Notes: a model not told the origin generated them from the letters alone. Numbered from the stretch's first letter, positions 13,326 through 28,300 are shown. The stretch: 64,000 nt of DNA from Phoronis australis (GCA_002633005.1 NMRA01000382.1:319096-383095); one strand, 5' to 3'. Made by a program: numbers and translations.

Positions 13326-16300
13326 TTAGTGCTTTAACACTTGTTCCCAGTCTATACTGGTCGTGTAAACTTCTTGCTCCAGCCAGCGCTCATAGTTAAG
13401 CTTGAACTCATCTGTCAGTGCCACCTTTTGGCCAAGAACACTGCATATGTTGTTGTCTACGGGCACAAACTCATCGTCCACGCCATTCTCATTGTATCGA
13501 CGGGAGTTAAAACGATCGACGCACGAGCGAAGGGCACATTCCTCTGCTTGGAAGTCCCATGGTCGGGCGTCCATATCTAGAAAAAGCAAAATGCGTATAC
13601 AACTATCTATACCAGCTCAGTTAACATTTCATAAAAACAATTTATAATGAATTTCCTTACATTTCTTACCAAAAATGAAACCTACTAGGAACTTATGATT
13701 AGCAAAATCACACAATTTATATCTAAGAAATATCACAATGTCTGACTTTCTGGAGCCCCAAAGGCATGTTCCGTTTTCAGCAAATTGGAGCGTAAAAGCT
13801 CATAAGACAACAAATAAAACTTGTTTGGTATATTTAGCACTAGCACAGGAGTGTATGAGGTTCTCAACAATGGCTATGCACAGTGAAAAGTGGTATTTTG
13901 TGTCTTCCTGCCTTACAATATCACTTTAGAAAAACATGAACCCTTTGAAAACTAGAATTCCCCTTTAGTTACCCCAAGCTCGTGCAAATCAGAGAACATT
14001 TTGAAAAGGTAAGTCTGTGAGCTTACATGTGGATGACGTTGTTTTCAGGGGTTCATCTTAACACTTATTCCATTAAAGCAAGCTCCACATACTCTCAACT
14101 CGCAGACTCGCCATTTTCAAAGGTCCGTAAGTTATCCAGCTAGTTTCCATTCAAGTTAAAGCAGTAACCACTTCAAAAAGGTACGTTAACTGTAGAGCCA
14201 ACTCCCATTCAAACCAGCAGAATCACCATTTCCAAAGGCCCAATAAATACTTAGCCGACATCCACTCAAAGCAACAAACTCACCAATTCCAAAAGCCCAA
14301 TAATTAGTGAGCCAACATACATTAAAAACTAAATGCACTCACCATTTGAAATGGCTCAATTACTGAAGAATATCCTCAGTTCCAACCTGCTCTCACCACT
14401 TCAAAACGTCCAATTACACCTGAGCCGACATCCTTTTAAACTAGCACTCACCATTTCGAAGGGCCAAATAATTGTTGAGCCAACAACCATTACAACCAGC
14501 ATGCTTACCGTTTCCAAAGGCCCAGTCATCGTTGAGTCGATGTCGCACCTTCTGATAGATGGCAGACATAGTCTTCATGTTACTCTTGCGCCATTGTCGG
14601 CCCAGATACTTGGTCTGCATCTTGAGTAGCTTAAGTACGTACAGCTGCATCATGGCGTGTTTCACCTTCAGCGCCCTCTTCAGGATTGGTGCCGACTTGA
14701 ATACCACCAACATCTATGGATTAGAAAAATGTTTAAAATAGGAACACGCCTTGTTAATCCTGGAGGGTGGCGAGGCTTTTCTGATCAGTTCGAACCAACC
14801 TGTTGTTGCAAAACGTGTTGAAATTTTCCTACTCAAGCACCATAATGGCACCATATCTAACTGACTATAAGCATTAAGTTAAGAATTTATGCCTGCTTTA
14901 TGTCAAAAAATGTACAGAAAGGGAGGTACATAGAGATTAAGTAATCAAAATAATTTTAAAAAAAAATTTAGAAGGTTGCACTTTAAGTAATAATATGTCA
15001 TAGGCAGTGGATCAGGGAATAAAACAACGAGAGCGCTCGGAGGAGCGACACTTGGCGGGGTGACAACTCTCTGTTAACTTGTGCAGACATAACCAAAACA
15101 AAGTGAACTGAAAGCCAGCCAGCTGCGTGCATACGTGACCGAAGGAACAATGGTATCCGAAAATCTCGAATAATTCAAAAAGTAGACGTCGTAGAGCAAA
15201 ATGGAAATTATCTTCTGAAAGCCCGTTCAAAACTCTATCTAAAGTGGTAGTTTGTCAAACACGATAACATTCATGTGACTAGCCAAGAAATCAAATAGAG
15301 AGCATACAATCAACTACAATAAAGAACAATAGATGGCGCAACATGACGGTCCAGTCTACAGTAGGACAGTGCTGGCTGGGTCAGTCTGGGTCAACTAGGC
15401 ATAACCAAAACAAAGTGAGCTGAAACCCACCCAGCTGCGTGTGACCGAAGGAACAACGGTATCCGAAAATCTCGAATAATTCAAAAAGTAGACGTCGTAG
15501 CGCAAAATGGAAAATATCTCCTGAAAGCCCGTTCAAAACTCTATCTAAAGTGGTAGTTTGGCAAAAATCCAAAATTTTTTTTTGAAATTCAAAGTCAAAT
15601 AACTCGAAAACGGTAAGTCTGAGAAATACGCTCTCTCAGACTTTTTGAAAGGCCATTCTTCAAGGAATCCACATGCAAAAATTCACGTTATTTGCTCTTC
15701 CCATAAAAAATGCGACACCAGAGCGATTGAAACCGTGTGAACATGCGCCACAGCCGCCATCTTGAAAGTGACTTCCGGTCCAATAATTTTTTATAAAAGT
15801 TTATTAAACTCAACAAACACGTGACCAGTTTGAAAGTGATTGGGTTGCAATTGCGCCCTCTAGAGGAGAAAACATTTTTAGCCATATTTCGGGGTACGCA
15901 TGCGCCACGTCCAATATTTCCGCCATCTTTAACCGGAAGTCAACGATTTTCTGTACAATTGTAGCACATGCGTTCTAGTATATTCGTACCAATTTTCAGC
16001 CATGTAGGTCGAAAAATGCGGCCTCTACGAGTATTTGACTGTGAAATCGGATACAAAATGGCTGCCACGTCCGCCATTTTGTATCCGATCATGACCAAAA
16101 ACTATAGCGTTCTAGCAGTTCCCGATCTACACGTTGTGTGCAAATTTCGTGTAAATCGGACCAAAATTGCGACCTGTAGAGAGCAAACAAAAAAAAAAAA
16201 AATTCCTGTCAGACCAACATACTTGACGGAATTCGAAGAATTCCGCCATGAAGTAAAAATATGGATGACCAGAGAAATAAGAGTATTCCCTGTCCGAGGC

Positions 16301-19300
16301 ACATTTTGCTAGAACAATTGGCCTGTAGGGCTTGTCATTTTACAGGTAAAAAGCAATATGGCTGGGAATAAGCAGGTTCCACAACTGACACTAGATGGCC
16401 CCAAGAGCTGGTGCATCAAGACTTAACAGCAAATTTGATTGGAACATTCATCACTCACCATAGTCCTGGAGTGTTTCCACTTGGTCAGTTTATTCAGCAC
16501 TCTTAGCAAGTTGATACATGAGAACAGATTACGCCAACAGTACTGGTGACTGTCACCAACTTCCTGGAGAACATGGGAAAAGTGTAACAGAACAAATATT
16601 CACGGCAATACCACATGAGTTGATAGTACAAGTCATAGATGTCGCTATCGTAGTTTTCAATGGGGCTATTCGGAAAATCTACAATAACTAGAGGGCGTGC
16701 GTGTACTAGTGGTGATAGATTAACAGCCTCGATTTCGCGAGCCCTTTCAATACATGGTGAAATGGCTTGCAGCCGTGCCAACTGAATCTGAGATTGCGTA
16801 AAAAGGGTGCTTCTATGAGAGGAAGTAAGCACGACCTCATACAAAGGTAAGGTTTGTGATTATTTTTACGATTATTCCATGATTATTCTACCGATGCCTG
16901 TTAACTGAGGCACTCGCCGATGTAGACTTCGCGGCAGTCAGTCGCCAGCCAGAGTCTGGTTAATCTTTGTATGTTGTGATATCTGATACGATACTTGTAG
17001 TAATCGGGATCTTTTCGTACATCATAACATTATTATTGTTTGGAATGATTTCTAAAAGTTTATCAGTGACAGTTACATCAATCAATGCTGAATATTTATG
17101 CTGTCAACTCGATACAGGTTAACTTTGAGTTAAGATTAGAATCCAATCCCAATGGCAAAGGGTACGTGAGTGATAAATATCCATTGCATTAGACTATTTG
17201 TTTACTACCTAGTATCATATGTCTTCTGGAAATCTATTACACGTTGAAATGGAAATCTATCATGTCAGTTTTCACGTAACCTTTGGTTTTTAGGTTTGAA
17301 GGCTTGTACCGTGCAGAGGAGATATGCATCGCTTCTGCACCGTCCCTGAATGGACAAAAATTGGTTTTTAGCATTTGACTGCAGCTANCAATGTGTATTT
17401 TTCATGACACTTAAAATGTGCTTCTGATCTCAACAAGTAAAATTCATTCTAGGAGTCAATTTTTTTCCAATGCAATGTTACGACATTTACTGAATTAAGG
17501 CTTATTCATGTTAATTTGAAACTGAGCTGGTGGTCCTGGGGGTGGGGTCCACGATAAAATAAGGAAACTCAATCATCTAGAGAATTTTATTGGAAACGGC
17601 ATAGTTTTGAAGAGAAACTGCTGTGAAAAAGTCACTCTTGACTTCTGTGCATCACGCACCATACAACTCTTATTTTGGGAGCACTCCCACCCAGGACAAT
17701 ATATGTGCTGCTAGCCTACCCGGCATCGGGTGAGTTTCCAAAAAGAAACACTTAGTTCCACTCAATAAAACTGTTATTCAGTGGGGTAACTGGTGGGGAT
17801 AACATCACCGAATGATGTTGATAGAAACTGGTTGCTAAAAACTTACCAAGTAATGTTGTGTAGTCTCCTAATGGAACTGCATAGTCATAGAGCACACACG
17901 GGGCTTCAGCATCCACACACTTTTTGTCAGTTAGTTGACCCTGTCGACCGCACTTGTCCACGAATATAGTAACCTTAGGTCTTTTGGGAATTTGTCGCCA
18001 CCTGTCGAAGACTTGCACCAGGGAAATTAGCAGTAATAGGGTTTACTGCGACGACGTATTTTGATAAAAATTCCATCTTTTACCAGTTGTTTACATGCAG
18101 ACAGCCACGCATGCGCAATTTAATCACCACTAGTACAGCAGCGACACCGCGAGGAGAATTCTCCGGATAGCCCCATTGACTGTTTTTCTCGAATATGTTT
18201 CCCAGTTATGGCTGGTACTTGGACAGTGTAGAGATGGTCTGATCACAAATTTGGTAACTCATAATCTTTATTAAAACTACCATAATAAGCAATTATTAAT
18301 TTGCACAGAAATTTTTTTCTCGAGCATAAGTTTGGCAGATGAAAGAGATAATTTAAAAGTAGTTCAAATACAAAGTAACGTACCAAACTCTCCGCTGTCA
18401 ACTCAGGCTGCTCTCCGATCACACAATTTGGAAAATCCAATACACCAATACTGCGAGAAAAGTAAACGTGTCACAAAGAAGCAAAACATTTCCCTGTCAA
18501 TTGTTTCAATTCAACAGTTATTGGTATGTTTGAGAAAAGAAGGTTGGTGGAAAAGTCATATAGAAAATGGAACAGGGATCAGTAACAGTAAATTTTGGAA
18601 AAGAGCAGAACTCTGCCAAGGAACTACTTTCCTAAATGTTTACACAATCCATCCAAATAAGCTCAATTCTTTTATTTACTTTTTGAGCATGTTGTTTGCA
18701 AAAAATTGTCAAAACATTCTGGAGAAAGCCATCAACTCTGAGAGAAAATTAAAAATTTTGTTTTCCAAGAACTCTTTGCAAGGACGCCATTAAAACTAAT
18801 GTTTTGTACCCTCTCACAATGGTGAAAATTACCTACCATTGTAACAACTACTTATTAATACCAATACACCAAAAAGTCTGATTAATTTCAAATGTTTGCA
18901 TCATGAAAGTTGACGACCCATCTTTCTGGCTACTCTCACCGTGACTTCTGCTAGCACTCAGTCATCACTGGAGGGAATACCACATCATTTTTCTGATGAT
19001 TTTTTTCAATCTTTATCATCTTTACAAGACTCCTTAATGCAGAGCAACAGCACACATTCTCATTACATAGGGTATTTACCTGTTTTTGGCAGCGACGTAG
19101 GACATGATGTTCTGATTGAAGAACTTGAGCACGAGAGGAATGCAGTTGGCAAACACGAGATGTTGACTCATGAACTCAAACTGAAACAGAATGTCGAGGA
19201 GAGTACAGGCAGAGTTTGAACACTTGGAATATATGTCGCCTTGCCTAGTACAATGAGGAGACAGTGCCTTTTATCATAGCAGAGCAAGACTTAGTTTACT

Positions 19301-22300
19301 TAGTCTTACCATAGATTATAGACAACAGACATTTTCTTGCGTACTATCCTAGAGGAGGCGCCACTCTCTTAAATTACCAGTTTCAGTTTCCGGTTAGTGT
19401 ACTGTGATGGGAAATTCTCGTATCTAGTTTATTGTCCAGTACAATGAAAAAAAAGTTTTGGTATTCAAGTTCAAACGCTGTTCAAAGTGAACTGTTGGTA
19501 TCGTGTGCACTGTTGGCACCCGACCACACAACAGCCAACCATGATTAGAAGACGATGTACTTGTCGGAAGTAAAACTTGCAAATTTTGCCAGGTGTCGCT
19601 ATGAAAAATTCCATCACGCTTTATGTGTAAGATCATAGATTTCGTCCACTGAAAATTATATGGACTTGGCGGTCTATGTACTATAATCTATGGTCTTACC
19701 TGATAAATATGGTTCAACTTGAAATGTTTCAGCAGCAGTAGCAGGAGTCCTGAGATGGCTTTAACAATGATTTCTTTGTGACGGTTCACATCCATACCTA
19801 GCTTCATGGACTGAAGCACTGTTGTGCTGTAGGGGTGAAAGAAAGAACAGTTTTGTTATCTGTTGTCATATCTTCCACACACAAAAGATAACCAACACTG
19901 TAATTTTTTTGATTTCGCAAAGGCAGGTTAAGATAAAACTTTACTACCTTGAAGGTGATATCTCACAATACAGTGGAATTATAGTGAATTTTTATTTGGT
20001 CAAAAATTTTTGGAATTTATGCTGCTGATAATTTGGTTTGTACCATGCATGTACATCATTCATCACCTAGTAACAAAATTTTTCCTTTTAGCTTAAAACA
20101 CATTTTTTATGCATAATCGAAGAGACCATTCCACGTTCACTGTACTTCAGACATGCAAAGTTGGAAATCTGAGGGGATGCTGTGAAAGAAAGATCGTTAC
20201 CAATGTGTACTTACGACAGAGTACACAGTTGATGGTTTTGGTATAAAAACCTTTCAGTAATCCAATAGCTGAACGAGCAGGACTGCTATTATCGTGGATT
20301 AAGTTTTTCCTTAAAACTAAAAAATTTTAAAGGTTTTACTGTGATACACGATATTTTCAGAAAGCAACTACATTCACTTATACCATAGATCAATTAAGGT
20401 ATATTAAAGTGTCAAATACTAACGGCATTTCCTCAGGCAGAACGTCTGCTAAAATATTGATGGAATCTGTTTTCGCTTTCGACGTTGGAGCACCGGCCAA
20501 TAAAATCTTCAGCAATGCAATCTGCAATAAAAACACAGCATCAAGTGGATGAAATTACATGACAGAAGTTAAACAGGTGTGATATAAAGGTGAGGCAGTA
20601 CCTTAGTTTGTGAATGTGATATAAAGGTGAGGCAGTACCTTAGTTTGTGAATGTGATATAAAGGTGAGGCAATACCTTAGTTTGTGAATGTGATATAAAG
20701 GTGAGGCAGTACCTTAGTTTGTGAATAGGAATGCAAGCTAATTTGCATGAGCTTGTATTGGTCAATTATCCAAAGCGCATTAGACACTGGGTTTTAAGTA
20801 GAGACAAAATCCATCGTGATTGTTTAACGAAGCACATTACATGAAGTTTACCTGTTAACTGGTCATTTTCAGAAGCCTTCAAACAATAAATGAATATCTT
20901 ATTGCTTACTGCTTAAAGTGGCAAAACAAATTTGATTTAAACCACTCTTTGCTAAATCTGAAGGGCTGAGTAAACAAACTAGAACACCTGAGCCATGAAA
21001 CTTTGTGCAAGTTAAGAGAAAACATGACAGATGTATGTCCAACTGATGCGAGTTTTGCTGTCAAACGGGTGTGGCATGTATACTGACCATGTACTGTGGC
21101 AGGCTGGGCAACATGGCGACGTACAAGATCTCCGCTGACGTTTGAGGGATGTCGGCCTCCGGCTGCAACAAAAGGGAACAGAAGTTAAGTGCCATCAACC
21201 ACGTGACTAGCAAAGAAAAACAGACCATGTATTGTAGTCTTTCGAGACTAACAGCAAGTTACAGGTAATTAGGAGTATTGTGAATATTAGTGATTGTTAG
21301 ATTGATATCACGTACTGCAGAGTGTAATATCACACAAAGATATAGCCGATAAGTGAATTTCATTTTCACATTTTTTTCCATGGAAGGTATGTAGCACTAA
21401 ATTAATTCGTTTTCCATGTTCAAGTTCTGTACCATAGCTATTCCCTCACAATGAGGTGAGAAATTGTGACCATTCACAGCATTAGAAGTCACTGAAAGAC
21501 GAAATACTTTTAACACTCACAATCTAATTTGATACAAATTATTGAGTGGCTTACCCTGGACAATGGGTTTTTGGTAATCTCTTCTTCTCTCTTTATCTGC
21601 ACTTCTGCCAGGGATGTATAGAGATGCTGGAATATAAATGAAAGCATAGTAGAATCAACATCACCACAGCACAAATCTTAGTCGATTCCTAAGTTAAAAC
21701 AGTCATTCTACAACACTTGAATTAAGTTAACACACGACACTAATGACTAGCATGCATTTTCTAATACAAAATGAATGAAAGACAGGTTCCAAACCATGAT
21801 ATGGACATATTAAACCAAGTAAAGAACTGGATTCTAACAGTTGAATGTTGTGTACTGGAAGAACATTTTGTATAACTTTTGGCAAAGAGGTGCAGGCGTT
21901 TCACGAACAGCGAGAGCCCAAGCTGCACAGAGACGTGTATCATGCACCTGCCGACCACCCATCCATACCTGTCCCTCAATTGTCTTCTGGAGTTTTGGGC
22001 CATACCCATTCAACAAAATATTTGAAACTGTACTGTTCTGCTAGAAGGAACTACTGGCAGTTGGATTGGCAATGTCTGCAGAAAAATTTAAGAGAGTTGT
22101 TCCAGACTATACTTACTCAATACAGCCAGGGCCTCGTCTTTCTCTAAAGCCATGTGATCAATTTTCAGACTCGCGTCAACAAGGTAGTATAAATTACAAA
22201 TACATCATAACACACAATGAGAGATATCAAGATTGACCATTACAATAGGTGTCACCCAGGCTTCTATTCCAATTCTTACCTGTTTTAAAACAGCAACTCC

Positions 22301-25300
22301 CTGGTGAATGGGCTGAGGAAGGCCTGCTAACGAAGTGTCGTCACTTCGCACCTGGAAACCAACAAATTTGGTCCTAGTTTGGTCCAAGAAATTTTCCAGA
22401 TCCTTTTGCCTGGAATGGGAATAGAGCACTAGATAGTGTTAGCAGCTTTAGTAGTAGTGGCCAAGGTGGTACTAGGTGCAGTGGTGTTGTTGGGGGCAAT
22501 GCTGATGTTGGTGGGGGTGGAGATGATGGGGGCAATAATGATGGTGAGGGTGCAGGTAGGAACATGATCAGGCTTTACTACAAAAAAACTACCATAGATG
22601 CTGCAAAAGTAGCAATTTAGTGGCTGGTCACCCAGGTGCTGAGCAATGAATCAAGCAGTTAGTTCTTGTGTGTTGAGTTCATCTCTTTACGGCAATGTTT
22701 TTTCTCGGACATTAGCCTCGTTTCAGAGCCATCATTTGAAACAATTTTGTTTTTAGTTGTATTCAGAACAGCAAAGGCATGGAAACACAATTTTGAGTCA
22801 TGCTCGTGGTTGCGTCTGAAACTGTTACATTACCTGACTTTTGGTGTCCATGGTAACCGTTTGGGCAGCACAGTTACAGGTGAGCCAGGCCGGGGTGTCC
22901 CCGGAACAGTATCCTCCTCGACCTGCTGTTGGGGGTCTCGCACTAAGTTGTCGTCATCATTCTCTGAGAATGGGTCCTCCATATTGTTCTGCTTGAGGAT
23001 TCCCTGGATGACACATACAGGGCGCTAGTGCATGACAAGAAATATGAGACGGACCTGCATTGGTGCAAACTTTAGGTTAATACGAGATGCAATGTTAGGT
23101 TTTAGTCATATAACAGCAAAAGGGAAGGCAAATTATGATGGACTTTCAAGGACAGAATACCTTGAATGTGAAAGTTATGAAATGTTTAATCTTGCCGATA
23201 TCTTTTGACTGACAAAACTCATCTAATATTCTAAATTGGCGATTGTAAAGGAGAGTATCTTTAATTTCCTTAACGTCGTGAGGGTGTCTTGCACTTCTGA
23301 TAGTAAATTTTTCCTAGCATGTAATGTTTATAGTACCCAGATATAATAACCTAGTTCAAATAAGAGTACCTGCACGTATATTGACTGAAATTATCTGAAT
23401 AGTTCTACATAAACATAATAATTGTATATGTTAAAGAAAACATAACACACAAAAAGAAAGGTCAGCTGATGCAGAGCTCAACAAACATTATTTGCATTAT
23501 TCTCACAATAACTGAATTTAATGTAACTATAGAAACAGAAACGTAGCACGCCGAAGAATAACACACTTTGATGAAAGTTGAAGAAAGAATAAATTCAGCC
23601 ATGAAAGCATCACCACGCATCGTATCACAACTATTGGCAAAAACTAGCAAATATACACTAAGCAATTCATAAAAAAACGAGAGACCAATACATATACAAT
23701 ACTGAGAGGTATGTAAGGAACGGTCCTTGAGCAACTTAAAGGGATATTCCTTATGTCTGCACTCAAATGCTGGACAAAAGTTTGTCACTTCATCCTGTGA
23801 ATTATGGGATAGATCTATCAAATAAACATAGAAAAATCAGGAACCTCAACAGGGAATTGAACCACAGGTCTCCAAATTGTCGGTCTAGTGCTCTTATCAC
23901 TGAGATAGAGCTAATTATTTATCTGGGCATGATGTCAGCATCTAATTCCATATTTGCCTTCAGAGGTCACCATAACATGAGTGAGTGGTAAGAATGACCT
24001 CCTTATCATGTGCCAAGTTTAGAAACTTAAGCTGGAAGAGAAGTCTGAGAGCATACCTTCAAGGCCTGAAAGTATATTATTCTTATTCTTAGTGTGTCCA
24101 AGCGTTGTTGACTCTTTCCATTTTGTTCCTAGTATGATTTAGTCGAATCTTCTAAGCTATCAGTTTAGCAACAATGAGAGCAGTTAGAGAAAAGCGAAAT
24201 GTTAACAAACATAAGCACCTTCACCGCACGAGTCGCCCTTACGTTTCGCCGGGGCTCGTTCTGCGCCAGGATGAGATCTGCGGCAGAGGCAGGGGGCGAG
24301 GCAGCCCGCATGTTCTTGCACACCTCATGTGTGTCCTCAGTGAGGGGTGGGAGGTCTGCAGCCGCCCTAGCCTCGTTTTGACGTTGATGATGATCGTGTA
24401 GGCCACCCAGTGACACCTGTAGGGGCAGAAGGATGTAATCAACGTTACTTTCAGCCATTTCCGTGGAAATAGATGTAACTAGAGCAGATTGTATTCAAAT
24501 GTGTATACTATCATTACACAACACATGATGTAAAAATTTCAACACACCGCATAGACATGGTAAGTTTTGAAAAAAAACATCAACATGGCAGTTTGTCATA
24601 AAATATGTCAAAACACGTTTTCAAGTTTTGAACACCATTTGCTCTTCTTCAAGAAGAAGCGGGCATTCTAAAACCTACCAATCACAAACCGGATATTGTA
24701 CAACTCGAAGTGGATATTGGACAACCCACCAATCACGAGGCGGGTATTGTAAAACCTACCAATCACGAGGTGGATATTCTACAACCCACCAATCACAAAG
24801 TTAACTGTCTTACCAACACTACTTTCCACAACAAAAGCAGGACTTTCTTCATAGGAAAATGAGGAGCGCTCCCACTACAGAACTTTGTGACCATCCCAAA
24901 CAGAATAACAGCCAAGTTAGCATCATCAATGATAGGACGAGCTGGAATTACACATAAATATTATGAGATTTAGACAAAAATCACAACACAAATTTTCAAA
25001 AAAACATACCAGACTCAGTATTAAATGCCCTTTTTTGTATAACCATCTTTTTTCAGTAGACATAAAAGTTACCGTTTTGCACGGACAGGACAAATGGTGA
25101 GAACCACCACACAAGAATGCTGAAAACTTTAGATTATGGACGACCGATTACGAACACTTCCAAGATTTGGCACACGGCACATAAATGCATTTTGTTTCGG
25201 CAAAATAAAAACCGTGTTTGCTACACTCATAGTAAAGATTCTACGCTTAAAGAGCCAAGACACCCAGTGTAAGCATGTTTCCAAATGTAAATACAACCAC

Positions 25301-28300
25301 AACATCTCTGAGGAAATGCGCGTAAGTGGTGCTACTTTACCAAGCTGCTGTGTGAATGTTTGTCGGGCTTGGATTCTCTCCTCATTATCATCACTATCTT
25401 CCACCCTCATCGTCTCCACCATCGTGTAGAGAATATTTAGGGTCACCCTGTAGCAGATACAAAGACAAGTGCTTAGGGTCACCCTGTAACCGTTAGGGAC
25501 ATATCACATTGTGTTAAAATGCGACTAAGTCGAGATCCTTATCTAAGCCTCAAAACTGGGAACTGCTGAAATAACTATGACTTACGAACAAGTCTCAAAA
25601 ATCCCTTTGCCAGGTAAAATTTCTGATTTATGCAATATTTTAAGTCACTTTTCACGAAACAAACCCATCGAAAGTCTGTCTATTAATTGTAATGACATAC
25701 AAATTCAAGGTAGATTCTCTGATAAATATGCTTAAAATATAAAGACATTGGATTAAATGACCAGCCAGAATACTTATGAGTCTTAGAACCAAACAAGATT
25801 CCACCTCTGACCTTCTTGTCAACAATCGTCAAAATTTACAAGCAAAAATATGTGGCTAATTTCCCAATGATTTTAAAGCCATTTTCTTCACATTTCCTGT
25901 CACAATTTTCACCATAACTTTAACATAGATACACAAATATTATGCGGTTTACATTTGTTAGCTTGTCAATTTCCAGGCAATAGACTGAAATACAGCAGTT
26001 TGAAACAAAATCATTTTGAACACCCTGTACACGAAGACCAGAAGAAAGATCTGATGCTCAGAATAAAACTGAACAGTGATATATACCTCAAGTCTGTACT
26101 GTCCGCCAGTGACACAGCTGGTTTTTTAAGAGCCGAAGAGGTAGCCAAGCCATTTCTAAATAAAAAATGTATTTCACGTTTATAGTCATCTAAACAGGGC
26201 CCTCGGTGCCTTGACTTTAGGGTCGAATGCCTGCCTTGTTCCCGTATAAAAATACTCAAAAACATGCAGAATTCCGCTCATCCTGTCCAAAACATTCCCT
26301 TCCATGGATAAAAAAATACCCTCAAGGAAGGTTAGAATCTCTTCTGTAATGTGTTATCTACAGCTACTTGATACTTGAGGCATTGGCGATGAGAAGCGGT
26401 GATTGAGGGGGCTTCTCCCATCCGGAAAATTCACCTGTGCAAAGATATTGGCAATTTTCCCATCAGCTGAGTGAGGGCCTTGCTAAATGACTTCATAATT
26501 CTGACAGACAGTGATTTGTCTGCTTCGCAACACGTAAAGTATCTTGGAATTAAGTTATTGTAGTACAGACTCCAATTTGGTAAATTCTACAACCCTATCA
26601 TTCTTACAAAGGGTGCGACGTGACTGCCCTTCAATGTGTCAGACAACGTGGATTCAGTGGAAGGTGTCAATCAAATAATAAAAATTTGCATCACTACTCA
26701 TTAACTGTGGATAAACCAGTAAAACCTAACAATGGAACATCTATTAAATACTGATGGACATTATCAATTGTCACGAAATGTATTGAAGTACAATGCAACA
26801 AACATCTTGATTCTGACTTCCTTCACAATTTTCAGAATTTCATTGACAAAGCTAGACAAATTTCAAGGAATTCACCAATGACTTCAAGGAAAAGGACGAA
26901 TCTTTGGTGTTGCCCATTTCTAAGCCTATCAGCTGGATTCCTCTCAGCCAATGGACGCACAAGCTTTTCTCACTAAAGCATTTGTTAGGCATGGATTCAA
27001 GGTTACAGCCACCAAAACAGGGCCCTTAAAGCAGACACACAAACCCCAGCAGGAAGGGTTGAATATCTGATTCTCTATCTAGATCTGCCAATGTTGATTC
27101 AGTGTACTCACTCCATCTCCATACACAGCAGCTCCACAAATGCCGTGAACGCTTCCAGCTCGAATAGCAGAAACACATTGTGCCTGGTTATCCTCAATTG
27201 GTCTGTGTCAGTTTCACACTCCCCAAACACACCTAACAAAAGAAAGCATTGGTTTGGTCTGTGTCATTTTCACATTCCCCCAATACACCTAATAAGAAAA
27301 ACCCTTGATTGGACAGCAACTGTTTCACACTCTCTGAACACACTTAAATGAGAGACTATGATATTGCCTTGCGACTAATTCAAATCCCTCACACACCTAA
27401 TAAAAGAAAGCACACTCATTGGTTGATGTCCGAGTCGCACTTAAGATAAAGAATTGATCAAGAAGCTGATATACATACAGTGTATTCATGACATACAAAG
27501 ACTCCGCTTACCTTGTAATAAGTAGAGAGTTCCCTTCACTGCCTTCATGCGCTCTTCATGATCAGCGCTCTCGATGCGGTCAAGGACATGCAAAATGTAG
27601 TCCCTCTGCCTCTCGTCAGAAGCAGTAATCCACCTGTCCCCCTCTGCAGATGAACACAAGTCAGTGAAGGAAATTTTCGTTTTCACTCTATGAGGTGTAC
27701 GGTTATCTTTCAATTATGCAAAATCTGTCGTTTTATTATTTTTTAAAAGATGATTTCTTTACTACAGATAACCGGATTTTCAACAGATGTAGTTTTTGGC
27801 TCTTTTGCGAACAAACTATGTTTTCAACACATTTAATTAGAATACTCAACTTCATCAATAAATTAAGACACAGAAACTTGCATATATATCTGCTGAACTG
27901 AGCTCTCAAGAGCTCCATGACCAATTTCGAAGATTCAAAGATATTGTGCAGAAATTTAAGAATTCAAACACGAGCAGATAAATTTCACCTACGTGATTAA
28001 ACAAAATGACTATTTCTCAGCTTTGTTTCATGGTGTTGTAGATGATTCACGATTCAAAAAAGTTAGTATCGCATTTGAAAAATCTAAGTGGAAATTGAGA
28101 TTATCGGTTTCATAAGGATGTGACCAAAATGGACATTCTGTGGTAATTTTTGAAATTGGACATTGAATCAAGTTTTTCTCTCTCTTTAATGTGCTAGGAA
28201 TGAATTGTGCATTTTTGAAAACTTCATTCCAATAAACTTGAACATGTGAGAAAACGCATGGTTGGCAGTTGTACTAGAGATTGGTATCAAATACCAGAGA

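Noticed and set aside
18332-18793. 153-aa plus-strand ORF
   Set aside because: It is antisense to a STRIP exon and intron, starts at TTG, and has no recognisable domain or splice context.
20578-20725. 37-bp direct repeats of CRISPR-like length (also 35362-35530)
   Set aside because: The units are head-to-tail with no spacers, the context is a eukaryotic intron, and there are no cas genes.
22374-22565. Pro/Ser-rich [22 protein letters not shown]
   Set aside because: It is a degenerate trinucleotide low-complexity tract in an intron, out of frame with the adjacent STRIP exon.
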